From Leptolinea sp. UBA5366 (GTDB lineage: Bacteria; Chloroflexota; Anaerolineae; Anaerolineales; Anaerolineaceae), in assembly GCA_002407845.1 (NCBI GenBank), contig DHPK01000010.1, positions 44,837-108,836 of the forward strand: a stretch of 64,000 bases of DNA, written 5' to 3'. Made by a program: the position numbers and the translations under genes. Of this stretch, positions 27,935 to 38,762 are shown piece after piece (the first letter of the stretch is position 1; each line of letters starts with the position of its first letter). Under the pieces are notes generated by a model that saw only the letters and a list, made by a program, of their open reading frames with translations, was not told the origin of the DNA and made no database searches.

Positions 27935-29074
27935 CTACAACAATTTGAGAAGCTTTGAAATGTTGTTCTCAATAATTTTTGTAAATAAAAATGCACAAAA
28001 TATCATCAAGATACTGCTAGATATGAAGACAATAATTAGCGGAATTTGATAGCTGTCAGTATTTTTATGGAGAAAAACAAAGAATCTAGTTGTAAAAGAA
28101 AATAGAATTGGAAAATGCAATAAGAAAAAGGCATATGAAATTTGACCTAAAAAAACAAAAGGTTTTGATGAAAAAAAATCTTTAAGAAAATTTGATAAAT
28201 AAATTCCTAAAACCACAAAAAAGCTACCTGCAATATGAAAAAATTGACTCTTATCTATATACGATGGTAAGGTAAAAAGTGAGTAAATATTTGTTGGTAT
28301 TACACCTCTTGGGAAACCTCCAAAAAAGCAGCCAATAATAAATATGATTGGTCCTATAAAAGTGAATATGGCCTTCTTTGGTTCATAATAATGCATGAAT
28401 AAGGCTATGATTGTCCCTAAGACAAATAGGAGGTACATGCTATTTAATCTGATAAAAAAAATGCATAATAAAGCTAAAAAAAATAAGCTTTTCTTTTGAT
28501 ATTTCCAAACCATTTGGCTTAACAAGATTGATAAATATGACCCCAAAAAAGTTAATTTTAACATCCAAAACACACCGGAAAAAGTATTGTTCCCAATGAA
28601 CCATACAGAAATGAAAGAAGTAAAAAATAGATCCTTAACGAGAGGTAAATCTCCGAGGTAATAATTTGATAACCATTTAGATTTAGTTATTGCTGAAGTC
28701 TCTATATGATAATATAAATTGGTCTTCCACAAAAACCAGGCAAAGACAGCGGAGAAAAATAATGGCAGGCTCAATCTAAAATATCTTTTTAAAATTATTG
28801 TAGAAATATTATTTTTATTTTGAAGCCCTATCACTTTTATACTAAGGACCATTCCGCTGATCAAGCAAAATAAACAAACCATAAAGTGTCCTCTGGTAAA
28901 AAAAGAAAAAGGGCTTTGAGATGAAATATGATCTAATCCATAAAAAATATGGGATGGGGAAGTCTGGCCATAATAACTTCCAGGTAAAAAAGCTATTAAA
29001 AAGTGGCTTAAAAACACACAAAAACTAGCAATTCCCTTTATGCCATCCACCCAATCAATTCGTTGTCTGTTCAT
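27935..29074 (-). CDS. Acyltransferase family 3 (OafA-like glycan O-acyltransferase)
   Basis: RIDWVDGIKG...FLSH, FCLISG, KRYFRL, FWML and LGQISY.FFLLHFP; multi-TM. Confidence 0.88.
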   Translation of the reverse strand: MNRQRIDWVDGIKGIASFCVFLSHFLIAFLPGSYYGQTSPSHIFYGLDHISSQSPFSFFTRGHFMVCLFCLISGMVLSIKVIGLQNKNNISTIILKRYFRLSLPLFFSAVFAWFLWKTNLYYHIETSAITKSKWLSNYYLGDLPLVKDLFFTSFISVWFIGNNTFSGVFWMLKLTFLGSYLSILLSQMVWKYQKKSLFFLALLCIFFIRLNSMYLLFVLGTIIALFMHYYEPKKAIFTFIGPIIFIIGCFFGGFPRGVIPTNIYSLFTLPSYIDKSQFFHIAGSFFVVLGIYLSNFLKDFFSSKPFVFLGQISYAFFLLHFPILFSFTTRFFVFLHKNTDSYQIPLIIVFISSSILMIFCAFLFTKIIENNISKLLKLL

Positions 29075-29138
29075 AAAAAAATCCTGTAAAAGAGTAAAGT
29101 AATAGTTTAGCAAATAATCATCTGTTCAATAACTACTA

Positions 29139-29900
29139 TCACTTCTTCCACCCTACAATTATTGCACCTGAACCTAAGTTTGTGGTGTAAAAAAGCTGCT
29201 GAAAAAAGATAATGGGATTAATGAAAATTGGCTTTGATAAAAAACGAATTATTTTGTTTTCATCTCTTGCGATTCCGCTGATCTTTGATGCAGTTTCTAA
29301 GGATCCCGAATTCGGAATGTATTTTGATGCTAATTTATTAATTCTGTTGTTGCGTAAAGGATCTAAGAATAAACAGGATGGAAAATCATAGGTTAAAAAT
29401 TCAGAAACTGAGAACCCGGCTTTCTCTACAAGTTCGATAATTTCTGATTTTTCGTAACGGCGAAAATGTCCAAATGCCATATCACTTTGTCCCCACCTTT
29501 TTTTATGAGCAGGCACAGAGACAATAATTACCCCATGAGTTTTCAGATAACTGTGCCAAGTTTGTAATGCACATAAATCATGTTCGATATGTTCTAATAC
29601 TTCACTAGCTATAAGTACATCAAAAGATTCTGCTTTAAGTTCAGAAGGGGCTGTAAAAAGCGTAATATCAGAATGATTGGCATACTTATTTTGGGCATGT
29701 TGATATGCTTCTTCAGAAAAATCATAACCAAAAACTTTTATTCGCATTTTCAGATATGATTCGAATATTTCTCCAGCCCCATAGCCAATCTCTAATAAAT
29801 TTTTATTTTCGCAATTGTACTTCTTAAGAAGTTTCAGTAAAACACTTTTTCTCATTAAGTAATGTGGCATTGGATAAAAAATCATTTCATAGTACTCCAA
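29139..29900 (-). CDS. Class I SAM-dependent methyltransferase
   Basis: LLEIGYGAG, SEVLEHI, VSVPAH and GHFRRY motifs. Confidence 0.88.
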   Translation of the reverse strand: MEYYEMIFYPMPHYLMRKSVLLKLLKKYNCENKNLLEIGYGAGEIFESYLKMRIKVFGYDFSEEAYQHAQNKYANHSDITLFTAPSELKAESFDVLIASEVLEHIEHDLCALQTWHSYLKTHGVIIVSVPAHKKRWGQSDMAFGHFRRYEKSEIIELVEKAGFSVSEFLTYDFPSCLFLDPLRNNRINKLASKYIPNSGSLETASKISGIARDENKIIRFLSKPIFINPIIFFQQLFYTTNLGSGAIIVGWKK

Positions 29901-29917
29901 TAATAATTGAATGAGAT

Positions 29918-31351
29918 TTATATTTTGTTCATCTTAATTGTGATTAAATAATAGGGAAGAAGAATTCCTGCCCAAACAAGAAATAAAGTTATTAGGTTAG
30001 TAATCGAAATAACCCTAAGTATAAGTACAGAGAGAAAAAGAAAAGGAAGAAGATGAATTAATACCGAGTATATTAATTTTGCACCAATAAAATTACCAGT
30101 TTTAACAACTAAAAAATAATAGATCAGGAGACAACTTATCAAAGAAGAAACAAAAGTCCCAGACGCTGATCCGATCAAACCACTTTGTTGTGTAAAAAAA
30201 AACTGGAATATGATATCGGCGACAACCAAAACCAAAGAACAAACACCAGCCTTCTTATTTTCTTTTAAGCCTATTAAAGCAACTGTGAATATTGCGTAAA
30301 TCGAAAGAATGAAGGTCCCCATGCATAAAATGGCTAATGCATTACCGGCAACAAAATAATCAGGATTATAAAATAAACTTAATAACTTTCCTCCAGAAAT
30401 TGAGATTAAGAAAACGATAGGAAAAACGAACAACATAACAATAGATACTGTTTTTTTTAGAAGTTCTCTTATTTTATATTTATCCGATTTCTCGTAATAT
30501 TCAGAAATATAAGGCAGTATAACAAGGTAAAAAGCCGATACTAAATAATACGGAACAAGCGAGAATGTATGCACGCCAGTATATAATCCGGTTAAGGTCA
30601 GGTCTTTTTTTATGTATTGAAGAAAAAGCGTATCCAAATTTAAGACAATAGTAATTGCCCCGAAAGATGCAATAAAACTAAAAGAATTTTTCAACAATTT
30701 AGTGGTCTTAATCCGGGGTCTATCCAAATCAGATAAAGTTAGTTTTCTCGTGGATCGAATTATTAAAATCCATGTGATAAGAGACGTAATAAATGATCCA
30801 AGAATAAATCCATTTATTACACCCATTGGTTTGCTTTGAGGTCTATTAAGAATGAAGAGAATAGCAGAAAGACGTAAAAACGGATAGAGAATTGTTACTA
30901 AAGATTCGCGCACAAACAACTTTAAGCCATTTAATACACCAGTACCAGCGAAATATAATGCGGTAAATGGGATCAAGACACTGATAAATGAATAATACAT
31001 TGCATAGTCTTCGTTACCAAGTAAAGTGCTCAAAGTGGGCGCTAGGAAGACGTTAACAATGCTTAGTAGTAAAGCGAACCCAATCTGGAGCGTAATCCCT
31101 TTTACGATAATATCTTTCGTATTAAATGAATTAATTGCAATAGCATTTGAAATTGATTGTCGAATTCCATTAGTTAAAAACAAATAATAAAAATTTGATA
31201 ATGTAATAATGGTGCCGATTAAACCGTATTCTGCGACAGACAAAAGTCTCCCTAAGGTGAAATGTAAAAGATATGCAAAGCTGACAACAGATAGCTTGGC
31301 AACTAAATGAGAGCTAATGCCGATTTGAAACCTAGAGTTTTTCATTTGCAA
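29918..31351 (-). CDS. wzx: Wzx-type oligosaccharide flippase
   Basis: About 14 TM helices; LGRLLSVAEYG, LNLDTLFL and GLY motifs of the PST/MOP family. Confidence 0.82.
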   Translation of the reverse strand: MQMKNSRFQIGISSHLVAKLSVVSFAYLLHFTLGRLLSVAEYGLIGTIITLSNFYYLFLTNGIRQSISNAIAINSFNTKDIIVKGITLQIGFALLLSIVNVFLAPTLSTLLGNEDYAMYYSFISVLIPFTALYFAGTGVLNGLKLFVRESLVTILYPFLRLSAILFILNRPQSKPMGVINGFILGSFITSLITWILIIRSTRKLTLSDLDRPRIKTTKLLKNSFSFIASFGAITIVLNLDTLFLQYIKKDLTLTGLYTGVHTFSLVPYYLVSAFYLVILPYISEYYEKSDKYKIRELLKKTVSIVMLFVFPIVFLISISGGKLLSLFYNPDYFVAGNALAILCMGTFILSIYAIFTVALIGLKENKKAGVCSLVLVVADIIFQFFFTQQSGLIGSASGTFVSSLISCLLIYYFLVVKTGNFIGAKLIYSVLIHLLPFLFLSVLILRVISITNLITLFLVWAGILLPYYLITIKMNKI

Positions 31352-33848
31352 CCAGTTTATTTATCTTTCTAATTATTCTTCTTTTTCCTAACAATAAATT
31401 AACAAGAAGAGCGTTTGCATATCGTGTAAAAAAAATCACTCGAGGATTTTTTGTTTTTATACTCTCGTAAGAATTCAATGTTTTTCGCCTTCTCCAATTA
31501 TTGTTTATCATATAGGTGTTTAATATTTTTGTGGCAAACCAATAACGGAAAGGTTCAGAATTGGATTGGTTTCGATAACCAATTTTTTGGAGACTTTTTG
31601 AGTTAAATTTCATTATCCTGTCTTTTATGGCAATTTTCTTCGAAAAAATTTCTTTAATGTGTCCAGTAATTAGTTTTTCAATTGGGTATTCTTCTGCAGT
31701 GATTATCCCTTTTTCGACTGCATGATTGAATAGATTTTCTCCGCGTTCGCTTCTGATAATTACTAATGTAGACCCAAATTCATCCTTCTGGTATTGTTTG
31801 CCTCCCCATGGGTCTCCGAAAGAAATATCAGCATGCTCTGCTGTATAATCATTACATAGCAAACACCCCGAATTTGTATAGTAATAACTATTGTAAATTG
31901 CTGTAAAAATTGATCGGGTGTACTTATATCGAAAGACTCCATTATCCTTGAATTTAATTTCTACATTCCCTGGCCACTCGCCATTGCGATAATTGATATC
32001 AACGATGTCATCATAATGACAATTGCTTTTCTGGATTAAATAGTTGATCAAGTCTTCATTTGACAACTTCGAACAGAACAATCCAAAGATAATGATATCA
32101 GTATTGACGTTTCGAATCGCTTGAGCCTCGCAGGGTAATACCGTAATTACTGATTCCTTTGTAAAGTGTTTAAGGTTACGAAGAAGTGGCGAAGATATAT
32201 ATTTTGACCCTGATGGAATATTCGTGTTTGAATCTACTATAATCGGGTCTGCAATAATTTTATTTTCTTGGTTCTCAACCGTAATGATCTGTTTAAAGTA
32301 ATGATTGTCGATTCCGAACGAGAGCAGCTGAGAAACAACACCCCCCGAACTCCCCCTCTTATTAATTTCGGAATCAGTGCTTTTTGCAATTACTATCTTC
32401 CGATATTTACCGATAATGGTGTCGTTAAACATATTTTCTTGAACGGGGCAAATTTTATTGCATTTATCACAATCAATACATTCATCCAAAAACAAATTAG
32501 GGATATACTGTTTGTATTGATTTTTTTCCATCCGAATAGCATATTGCGGGCAGATTCCTTCACAGGCACCACAGGATCTGCATAACTGGGGAAACTTTAT
32601 TTTAGAATCAACAAAATACTTGGAACTTCTTCTCTTTGTTTCGTTGCCCTTATATAAATCATGTATCCGCTGAATTGTGCTTTTTGAAGAAGAAGTTATC
32701 TTATTAGTATTTTTTTTGAGGGAATTATTAATTATTTCAAGATTGGAAGTCAAAAGCGTAAAGGTGTTCGATAGTTTTTCAAAAGTTAAGTTGTTTATAT
32801 CAAGTGTGTAGTCGGACAATTCAAAAGATTCCATCATTGCCACTGCCTTATGCTCGTACGCGATGCATATACAGGGAACTTGCATTTTACAGGCAAAAAC
32901 GGCTGAATGGTATCGAGTTGCAATCATGGTATTAAGTTTTGAAATTTCTAATTGTTGCTCAACTCCATTTTTATTATTAGAAAAAACAATAGTTCTATCT
33001 TTATATTTCATGCTGGATATCATTTCGTAAATGATCGGAAGATCAGAATGTTTATTGTACAATTGCGGAAAAAACTCAATGACTAATTCAGGATCATTTT
33101 CCATTAATATGTCAAAGAAGCGAACGATTATTTCTTTATATTTTTCAAATTCATATTTTGGATTGTCTGAGTTCGGGTATTTGTATTTTAGTGGAGTAAA
33201 CCCAATAATCTTGTCTTTAACGATAGGTTCATGTTTTCCCTCAATCTTATGAGCAAAACAAGCATCAGCAGCCAAGAATACTTTATCTGTATTATTAATG
33301 AAGGCTACAACATAGTTGTATGAGATTCGATCTCGTAAAATGATCAAATCACACTTATCTAAAATATATTTTCTCCAAGGGTTTAATAATTTGTTGGTAA
33401 AAGGACCCATTGATGGAGCTGCAAAAACAACTTTCTTTTTTAATAAAACCGGGACAAATAAATGTAATAAATGAACGATTTCGTGCGTTCCATAAATATC
33501 GCCAATGTAAGGACCTCCACAAGAAGAGATGATAATATCCGCAGACTTGTGAGCTAAAACAAATTTTCTGATACTTTTGGAAAATAAACTATCTACATTA
33601 ATATTTAATGTCTTTAAGAAACACCATATCAATAGTTGAAGTAAGCCAATTGGGTTAATGATCATGTCTTCTTCATTGACCTGGTATTGATGTGGTAAAA
33701 ATCGATAATCAGAGGTTTGCTTAAAAAGTGATATTTCTACGTTATGCCCAAAGTTATTATAAATTTCTTCAATCAGACCTATAGTTGCTGATTCATCCCC
33801 TCTGTTGTCACAATGTTGGTTCGTAATAATAATATTAATTTTTTTCAT
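31332..33848 (-). CDS. Polysaccharide pyruvyltransferase fused to 2x[4Fe-4S] ferredoxin and F420-hydrogenase beta (FrhB)-like domains
   Basis: N-terminus: NRGDE, SMGPF, LRDRIS, TRYHS, IAYEHK. C-terminus: CRSCGACEGICP, CIDCDKCNKICP, SSGGVV, PCE, GLFC, CLLC, DISFGDPW. Confidence 0.88.
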   Translation of the reverse strand: MKKINIIITNQHCDNRGDESATIGLIEEIYNNFGHNVEISLFKQTSDYRFLPHQYQVNEEDMIINPIGLLQLLIWCFLKTLNINVDSLFSKSIRKFVLAHKSADIIISSCGGPYIGDIYGTHEIVHLLHLFVPVLLKKKVVFAAPSMGPFTNKLLNPWRKYILDKCDLIILRDRISYNYVVAFINNTDKVFLAADACFAHKIEGKHEPIVKDKIIGFTPLKYKYPNSDNPKYEFEKYKEIIVRFFDILMENDPELVIEFFPQLYNKHSDLPIIYEMISSMKYKDRTIVFSNNKNGVEQQLEISKLNTMIATRYHSAVFACKMQVPCICIAYEHKAVAMMESFELSDYTLDINNLTFEKLSNTFTLLTSNLEIINNSLKKNTNKITSSSKSTIQRIHDLYKGNETKRRSSKYFVDSKIKFPQLCRSCGACEGICPQYAIRMEKNQYKQYIPNLFLDECIDCDKCNKICPVQENMFNDTIIGKYRKIVIAKSTDSEINKRGSSGGVVSQLLSFGIDNHYFKQIITVENQENKIIADPIIVDSNTNIPSGSKYISSPLLRNLKHFTKESVITVLPCEAQAIRNVNTDIIIFGLFCSKLSNEDLINYLIQKSNCHYDDIVDINYRNGEWPGNVEIKFKDNGVFRYKYTRSIFTAIYNSYYYTNSGCLLCNDYTAEHADISFGDPWGGKQYQKDEFGSTLVIIRSERGENLFNHAVEKGIITAEEYPIEKLITGHIKEIFSKKIAIKDRIMKFNSKSLQKIGYRNQSNSEPFRYWFATKILNTYMINNNWRRRKTLNSYESIKTKNPRVIFFTRYANALLVNLLLGKRRIIRKINKLVANEKL

Positions 33849-34857
33849 TATTTAATTCTCGATTTCTACTTAAGAAGAGTCCATGTATTTTTGTGGCTAA
33901 AGCTAATGAATCGCCCATAATAACATAGTGGAATTTTCTGTTGTCTTCTGGAAATAGTTCTTTGTTTGCGGGATTATCTCCTAAGATTATTTTTTTACCC
34001 ATCTGTTGATAAATAAACGTTTTTCCTGCAATTGTTCTTTTTGCTTTATCAATTGTATTATTGAAATGCCCTGCTAAACATAGGTCTGCCATGGCTATTT
34101 GGGTTGCTAATTCATCTTCTGGTAACCATGGAATATAAATAATGTTAGGGGATTGTATTTTATTCTTTATTGGCCCAATTAAGATAAATTTGATTTCATT
34201 AACATTAGCTAATAATTTAGCTGCATTTAGAATGATGTCTACTCCTTGGAGCGGTAATATACTCCCAAAGTAAAGAACCACATAATTATTAAATAATTCA
34301 TCGGATTTAATAACCTCTTGTGGAAAATAAATGTTTTTGTTTGCTTCTAAATAAAGAACCAAAGTCTTTTTCTTTGGAACATTAAAAAGGGATGTAAAAT
34401 ATAAAAGATCAGATTTAGTATCAAAAATAATTAAATCAGATGAAGTGCAAGTGATTTTGTCAAAATAAAAAAGTACTTTCGACAGAATCGTTCTTTCCCT
34501 TATTTTGCAACGTTCCTGAACTAATGTTTCATAAAGAGAAATAAAGAAATCAGTGATAATAATGGATTTAGGTGAGAAAAATCTAAATATTAACCACGGT
34601 AATAACGGCTGTGCAAGAAAACTCACAAAAATCACATCTGGTTTCTTCTTGAAAATCAACAGAAATAAATGTAAGTATAAATAAACAATATTAGTTAAAT
34701 AAATATTTTTATAAGTGCCAAGAATTTGGAATTCTCTTGAGAATTGCGAAATTAATTGAATCTCTTGATGACAACGGATATATGATATTTCGCGAGTGGT
34801 GATAAATAAAACACTTTTCCCAGAAATTAGGTTAATTAAATATTCTTTATTCTTCAT
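33835..34857 (-). CDS. Putative GT-B glycosyltransferase
   Basis: DFFISLYET, YFGSILPLQG, ADLCLAGHF and IILGDNPAN; located in the glycan locus. Confidence 0.75.
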   Translation of the reverse strand: MKNKEYLINLISGKSVLFITTREISYIRCHQEIQLISQFSREFQILGTYKNIYLTNIVYLYLHLFLLIFKKKPDVIFVSFLAQPLLPWLIFRFFSPKSIIITDFFISLYETLVQERCKIRERTILSKVLFYFDKITCTSSDLIIFDTKSDLLYFTSLFNVPKKKTLVLYLEANKNIYFPQEVIKSDELFNNYVVLYFGSILPLQGVDIILNAAKLLANVNEIKFILIGPIKNKIQSPNIIYIPWLPEDELATQIAMADLCLAGHFNNTIDKAKRTIAGKTFIYQQMGKKIILGDNPANKELFPEDNRKFHYVIMGDSLALATKIHGLFLSRNRELNNEKN

Positions 34858-35824
34858 CGTTTGTAGGAAAAGCAGCTTCCGAGCTTTGCATTATTTCAAT
34901 TGTTTTTACTCTTACTTGAATGTCTTCTATTAATTTCCGATTGCCAGCGACTAAATCTGCTAAAAGCCCTAACGTCATAGTTTGAATCCCAGCCATACTT
35001 AAGATTGCTGTTAATATAAGTGATTGAATATGGCCAGCGCCTGTTCCAGAATAATAAAAATATATATACCGTAAACCAAGTAATGCAGCAAAACTTAATA
35101 AAATAATACTCAAAATGATAAAAAATTTAAAGGGTTTGTACATCATGAAGGATCTGATAATCACAGGGAATGACCTTCGTAAATAATTATTAATTCCGGT
35201 AAATAATCTGGATTCACGAGTTTGTCGGTTTGTTCGAATAGGGACAGAAAGGATAGTTTCTTTTTTATGCCCTGCCTGAATAATTGTTTCCAATGTATAT
35301 GTAAAATCATTAAACACATTTGTTTTCAATGCTGCATCTCTGGATAAAGCGCGAAAACCACTTGTTACATCAGGTAATTGTGTATTGGACGCTGTGCTAA
35401 CAACCCAACTCCCAAAATGTTGTAAAAATTTTTTCTTATTTGAAAAATGTTTAATTTCATCAATTGGACGTTCTCCAATAACGATATCTGCCTTTCCATC
35501 AAGAATTGGTCTGACTAGATTCTCAATGTCTGCTCCATTATATTGATTGTCGCCGTCTGTATTGACAATAATATCAGCCCCAAGATGCAAACATGCATCA
35601 AGTCCAGCCATAAAAACTTTTGCAAGCCCTTTATTTCTTTTAAAATTGATAATATGATGCACACCAAGCTCACGGGCAACTTCAACAGTTCTATCTGTGC
35701 TGCCGTCGTTAATAATTAAATATTCGATTGTGTCAACATCTGTGATCGTTTGCGGAAGATCTGCGATTACGTTCGGAAGAGTTTTTTCCTCATTAAAGCA
35801 TGGTATTTGTATGATTAGTTTCAA
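34847..35824 (-). CDS. GT2 polyprenyl-phosphate glycosyltransferase (DPM-synthase/GtrB-like)
   Basis: IPCFNEE, INDGSTD, NKG, TDGDNQY, DVTSGFRA; two C-terminal TM helices. TTG start follows AGGAG. Confidence 0.88.
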   Translation of the reverse strand: MKLIIQIPCFNEEKTLPNVIADLPQTITDVDTIEYLIINDGSTDRTVEVARELGVHHIINFKRNKGLAKVFMAGLDACLHLGADIIVNTDGDNQYNGADIENLVRPILDGKADIVIGERPIDEIKHFSNKKKFLQHFGSWVVSTASNTQLPDVTSGFRALSRDAALKTNVFNDFTYTLETIIQAGHKKETILSVPIRTNRQTRESRLFTGINNYLRRSFPVIIRSFMMYKPFKFFIILSIILLSFAALLGLRYIYFYYSGTGAGHIQSLILTAILSMAGIQTMTLGLLADLVAGNRKLIEDIQVRVKTIEIMQSSEAAFPTNDEE

Positions 35825-35828
35825 CACA

Positions 35829-38759
35829 TTACTCCTGAGCAATTCTTTTTGAATAAGCGCTGTATATAAACAATGATCCAAAGAGTATTGATAAAATACC
35901 AAGAGATACAAATACTCCCCTACGAAGTTGATTGGGAATAAAAAACATTTCGATCTCAGAATAACCAGATTCTAAGAGAATCCCTCGAAACAGACCGTTT
36001 ACTGGAATAATCGATTGGGTAATTCCGTTAACTGTTGCTTGCCAGTTTTTATCATAGTTATCAGAAAGCACCATGATGGCATTATCGTCAACATAGGTGA
36101 TTATTTTTACAAATCCCGGTTCATATTCAACAATTTTAGCGTACTCATTATCTTTTATTTCCAAATTATTTAAACTTATAGATTCAGAAAAATATACTTT
36201 CCCAAGTTCCTTTTCGTTTAACATATTTTCTATGATTTTGTTTGGAGGCAAAATGTCAATATTCCTACTTAAATAAACACGATTTAGAGCCTCTTTATTT
36301 ATAAAGAGATGGGTTCCATCATTGAAACTCCTGTCGAAAATTAAAGAATCATGTTCTTTGATGAATTGAATATTCATATAAGATGAATGTTTTTCTCCAT
36401 TTATTTCAAATAACACAAGTTTGTCTGGAGAGATTAAGGATAAACTTGGATAAAGTGGAATTGAGATCTTATTGCCTCCCTGATTATCTGTATGTAATGA
36501 TAATTCATATTCATGATTAGCGATTATATTCACGTTTTCAAATGTAAAAGAAATCCGATTGTTATATTCAGGGTGGAATATCGAATTTTTCTTTATTAGT
36601 AAGGTTTGATTTTGTGTTCTGTCAACAATTGTCAATGTGATATCTTCGCCGGCATTTGATGAGGAAGCAATTGGGGTAACAAAAAAATCCAATCGGTTTA
36701 TTTCCATCTTTGGCAAAAATAATTTTATACGAATATCTAAACTTTCTGCAAATAATGTCGAAGAAGTTTTCTGCAAATCCCTAACAAGACTCATCTTTTC
36801 ATGTGGTTGGTCTTTATTCTCGGCAATAATGAATTTTACATTTGCCAAACTGAGTCCAAAAGGATCATCTATATGGGAAAACGCAATCCTAGTTTTTGAA
36901 GCATATGCATTGCTATTGATGTGTTTCAAAAATTGAATCATATTTGGAGACGTTACGGATAAAGAATGAGATCGAATATCATTCAATTTGTAACGCATTC
37001 CACTATTCGGAAAAAGTGTCCATGCCCCAAGCGCAACGAAACGATTATATCCTTCTTGCTCTTTTAGAAATTCAATGGAATCCGTAACAGGAAGAGAAGG
37101 TGTATATTTACCTATATATGGATTGTAATTAATTAATTTAGAATTGAGGTCTATGAAAATCACTAGGAATATAACAACCTGCATTGTAATTGATTGTTTA
37201 TTTTTTACCGTTTGTAATGGCATTATTATTAATAAATAGAAAATGAGGACAACTGATAACATGCCAGCGGCAATTTTATCGTTAAAAATGATGTATCGAA
37301 GCACAGAAAAAAATAGAAGGAGCGTAATTCCAAGAAGAATTAGTTTCTTGTTGGAATTATCTTTAAGTATATTATCAATAACATGAGCATTTAGAATTGT
37401 TCCAGAAAAAACAAAGAGGATAATTGTTCTGGTTTTTAGAGATGTGTTTATCAGTGGAATGTTTTTAAATATTAAATCAAATGAATGAGTGAATGTTGTA
37501 AATAAAACTAGGAGAGAAATAGCGAACCAAAATAGGATATTCTTTTTTTTCCGCAATAAGAATGGAGCAATTAATATCGAGATTATTGGGAATAATCCAA
37601 TGTACATGGCGCTCTCATTAAAATGACCTTTAATGTATCGATGATTAGGAATAATAAGCTGGCTAAGCAATTTAATTGAAAAGACAGATTGATAATAATT
37701 CGTACGTTGGGACAGATAGTCAGTCTCTTTGATTTTTCCTAGAAGACTGATTGTATAAGGCAAACTTATCAGACTGCTGATAATGGCAATGATAAATAAG
37801 ATACCAATATTTAATAAACAGTACTTGAAACCTTGTTTCGATTCAATCGTTCGCCATATGACGAATAAACCAAGTAAATAATAAAAATATGCGACATATG
37901 GAGGCATCCCGGAATATAGCATTTGCGTGACAATAAAAACAAGAGCTATAAATAAGCGGGGATTTTTATTTTGAATGATTCTGTCGGTAAAATAGAAAAG
38001 GAATGGAGCAAGCATTGCAACGCTTGTATGGGGCCAAAGTAACCAGGCAATTATCGTTCCAGAAAAAGTATAAGTTGTCGCCCCAATGAGTCTGCTGGTA
38101 TTTGATAGGCCAAATCTACCTAAGAGCAAATACATTCCCCATAAGCATAAATACATTTCGAAGAATGTAAAAGCAAGCAGACCTACAGAAATTGGTAATA
38201 ACAAGATGAACCAATTTGGTAAATAGCCTAAAATTGATGCGATCTCACTTTCTAACGAATATCCCATTCCATTATAAGGATTCCAGAAAGAGATTTTCTT
38301 TTCGCTCAAAAGCATGTTTTTCACATAATACCTTATTGGTAAAGATGCATCTATTGGATCAGAGAGAAGTGCACCTTGGATTTCTGCGGATACCGAATTC
38401 CCTGGTGGCATCACATAATAAAAATTGGCCGGTGTAAATTGCTCTCCAAGCAAAAAATATCGATAGAAAAAAATGATTAGGACTCCTGCGAACAACAGAG
38501 ATAACTTGATATTTATATTGATTCCAAAAATAAATTTTCTGATGACCAATTTAAATGGCATTCTGTCTGATTTCGAGATAGAAAAGAGGACAATTCCTAA
38601 TAATACTATTCCTAAGAGGACTGAGGTTAGGAATTCGACATTAAAGGATACTGGTGGAAGTTGGCATAAGTTTAATGTCAGGTATAGTAAAAAAGAAAAA
38701 CAGATAACAAAAATAATGAGGAGATTGTATCGATTGATTTTCCGATCTTCAGAGAACAT
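35829..38759 (-). CDS. YfhO family GT-C membrane glycosyltransferase
   Basis: FWNPYNGMG motif, many TM helices, and C-terminal LSDNYDKNWQATVNG...VNGLFRGI YfhO signature. Confidence 0.82.
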   Translation of the reverse strand: MFSEDRKINRYNLLIIFVICFSFLLYLTLNLCQLPPVSFNVEFLTSVLLGIVLLGIVLFSISKSDRMPFKLVIRKFIFGININIKLSLLFAGVLIIFFYRYFLLGEQFTPANFYYVMPPGNSVSAEIQGALLSDPIDASLPIRYYVKNMLLSEKKISFWNPYNGMGYSLESEIASILGYLPNWFILLLPISVGLLAFTFFEMYLCLWGMYLLLGRFGLSNTSRLIGATTYTFSGTIIAWLLWPHTSVAMLAPFLFYFTDRIIQNKNPRLFIALVFIVTQMLYSGMPPYVAYFYYLLGLFVIWRTIESKQGFKYCLLNIGILFIIAIISSLISLPYTISLLGKIKETDYLSQRTNYYQSVFSIKLLSQLIIPNHRYIKGHFNESAMYIGLFPIISILIAPFLLRKKKNILFWFAISLLVLFTTFTHSFDLIFKNIPLINTSLKTRTIILFVFSGTILNAHVIDNILKDNSNKKLILLGITLLLFFSVLRYIIFNDKIAAGMLSVVLIFYLLIIMPLQTVKNKQSITMQVVIFLVIFIDLNSKLINYNPYIGKYTPSLPVTDSIEFLKEQEGYNRFVALGAWTLFPNSGMRYKLNDIRSHSLSVTSPNMIQFLKHINSNAYASKTRIAFSHIDDPFGLSLANVKFIIAENKDQPHEKMSLVRDLQKTSSTLFAESLDIRIKLFLPKMEINRLDFFVTPIASSSNAGEDITLTIVDRTQNQTLLIKKNSIFHPEYNNRISFTFENVNIIANHEYELSLHTDNQGGNKISIPLYPSLSLISPDKLVLFEINGEKHSSYMNIQFIKEHDSLIFDRSFNDGTHLFINKEALNRVYLSRNIDILPPNKIIENMLNEKELGKVYFSESISLNNLEIKDNEYAKIVEYEPGFVKIITYVDDNAIMVLSDNYDKNWQATVNGITQSIIPVNGLFRGILLESGYSEIEMFFIPNQLRRGVFVSLGILSILFGSLFIYSAYSKRIAQE

Positions 38760-38762
38760 GTT

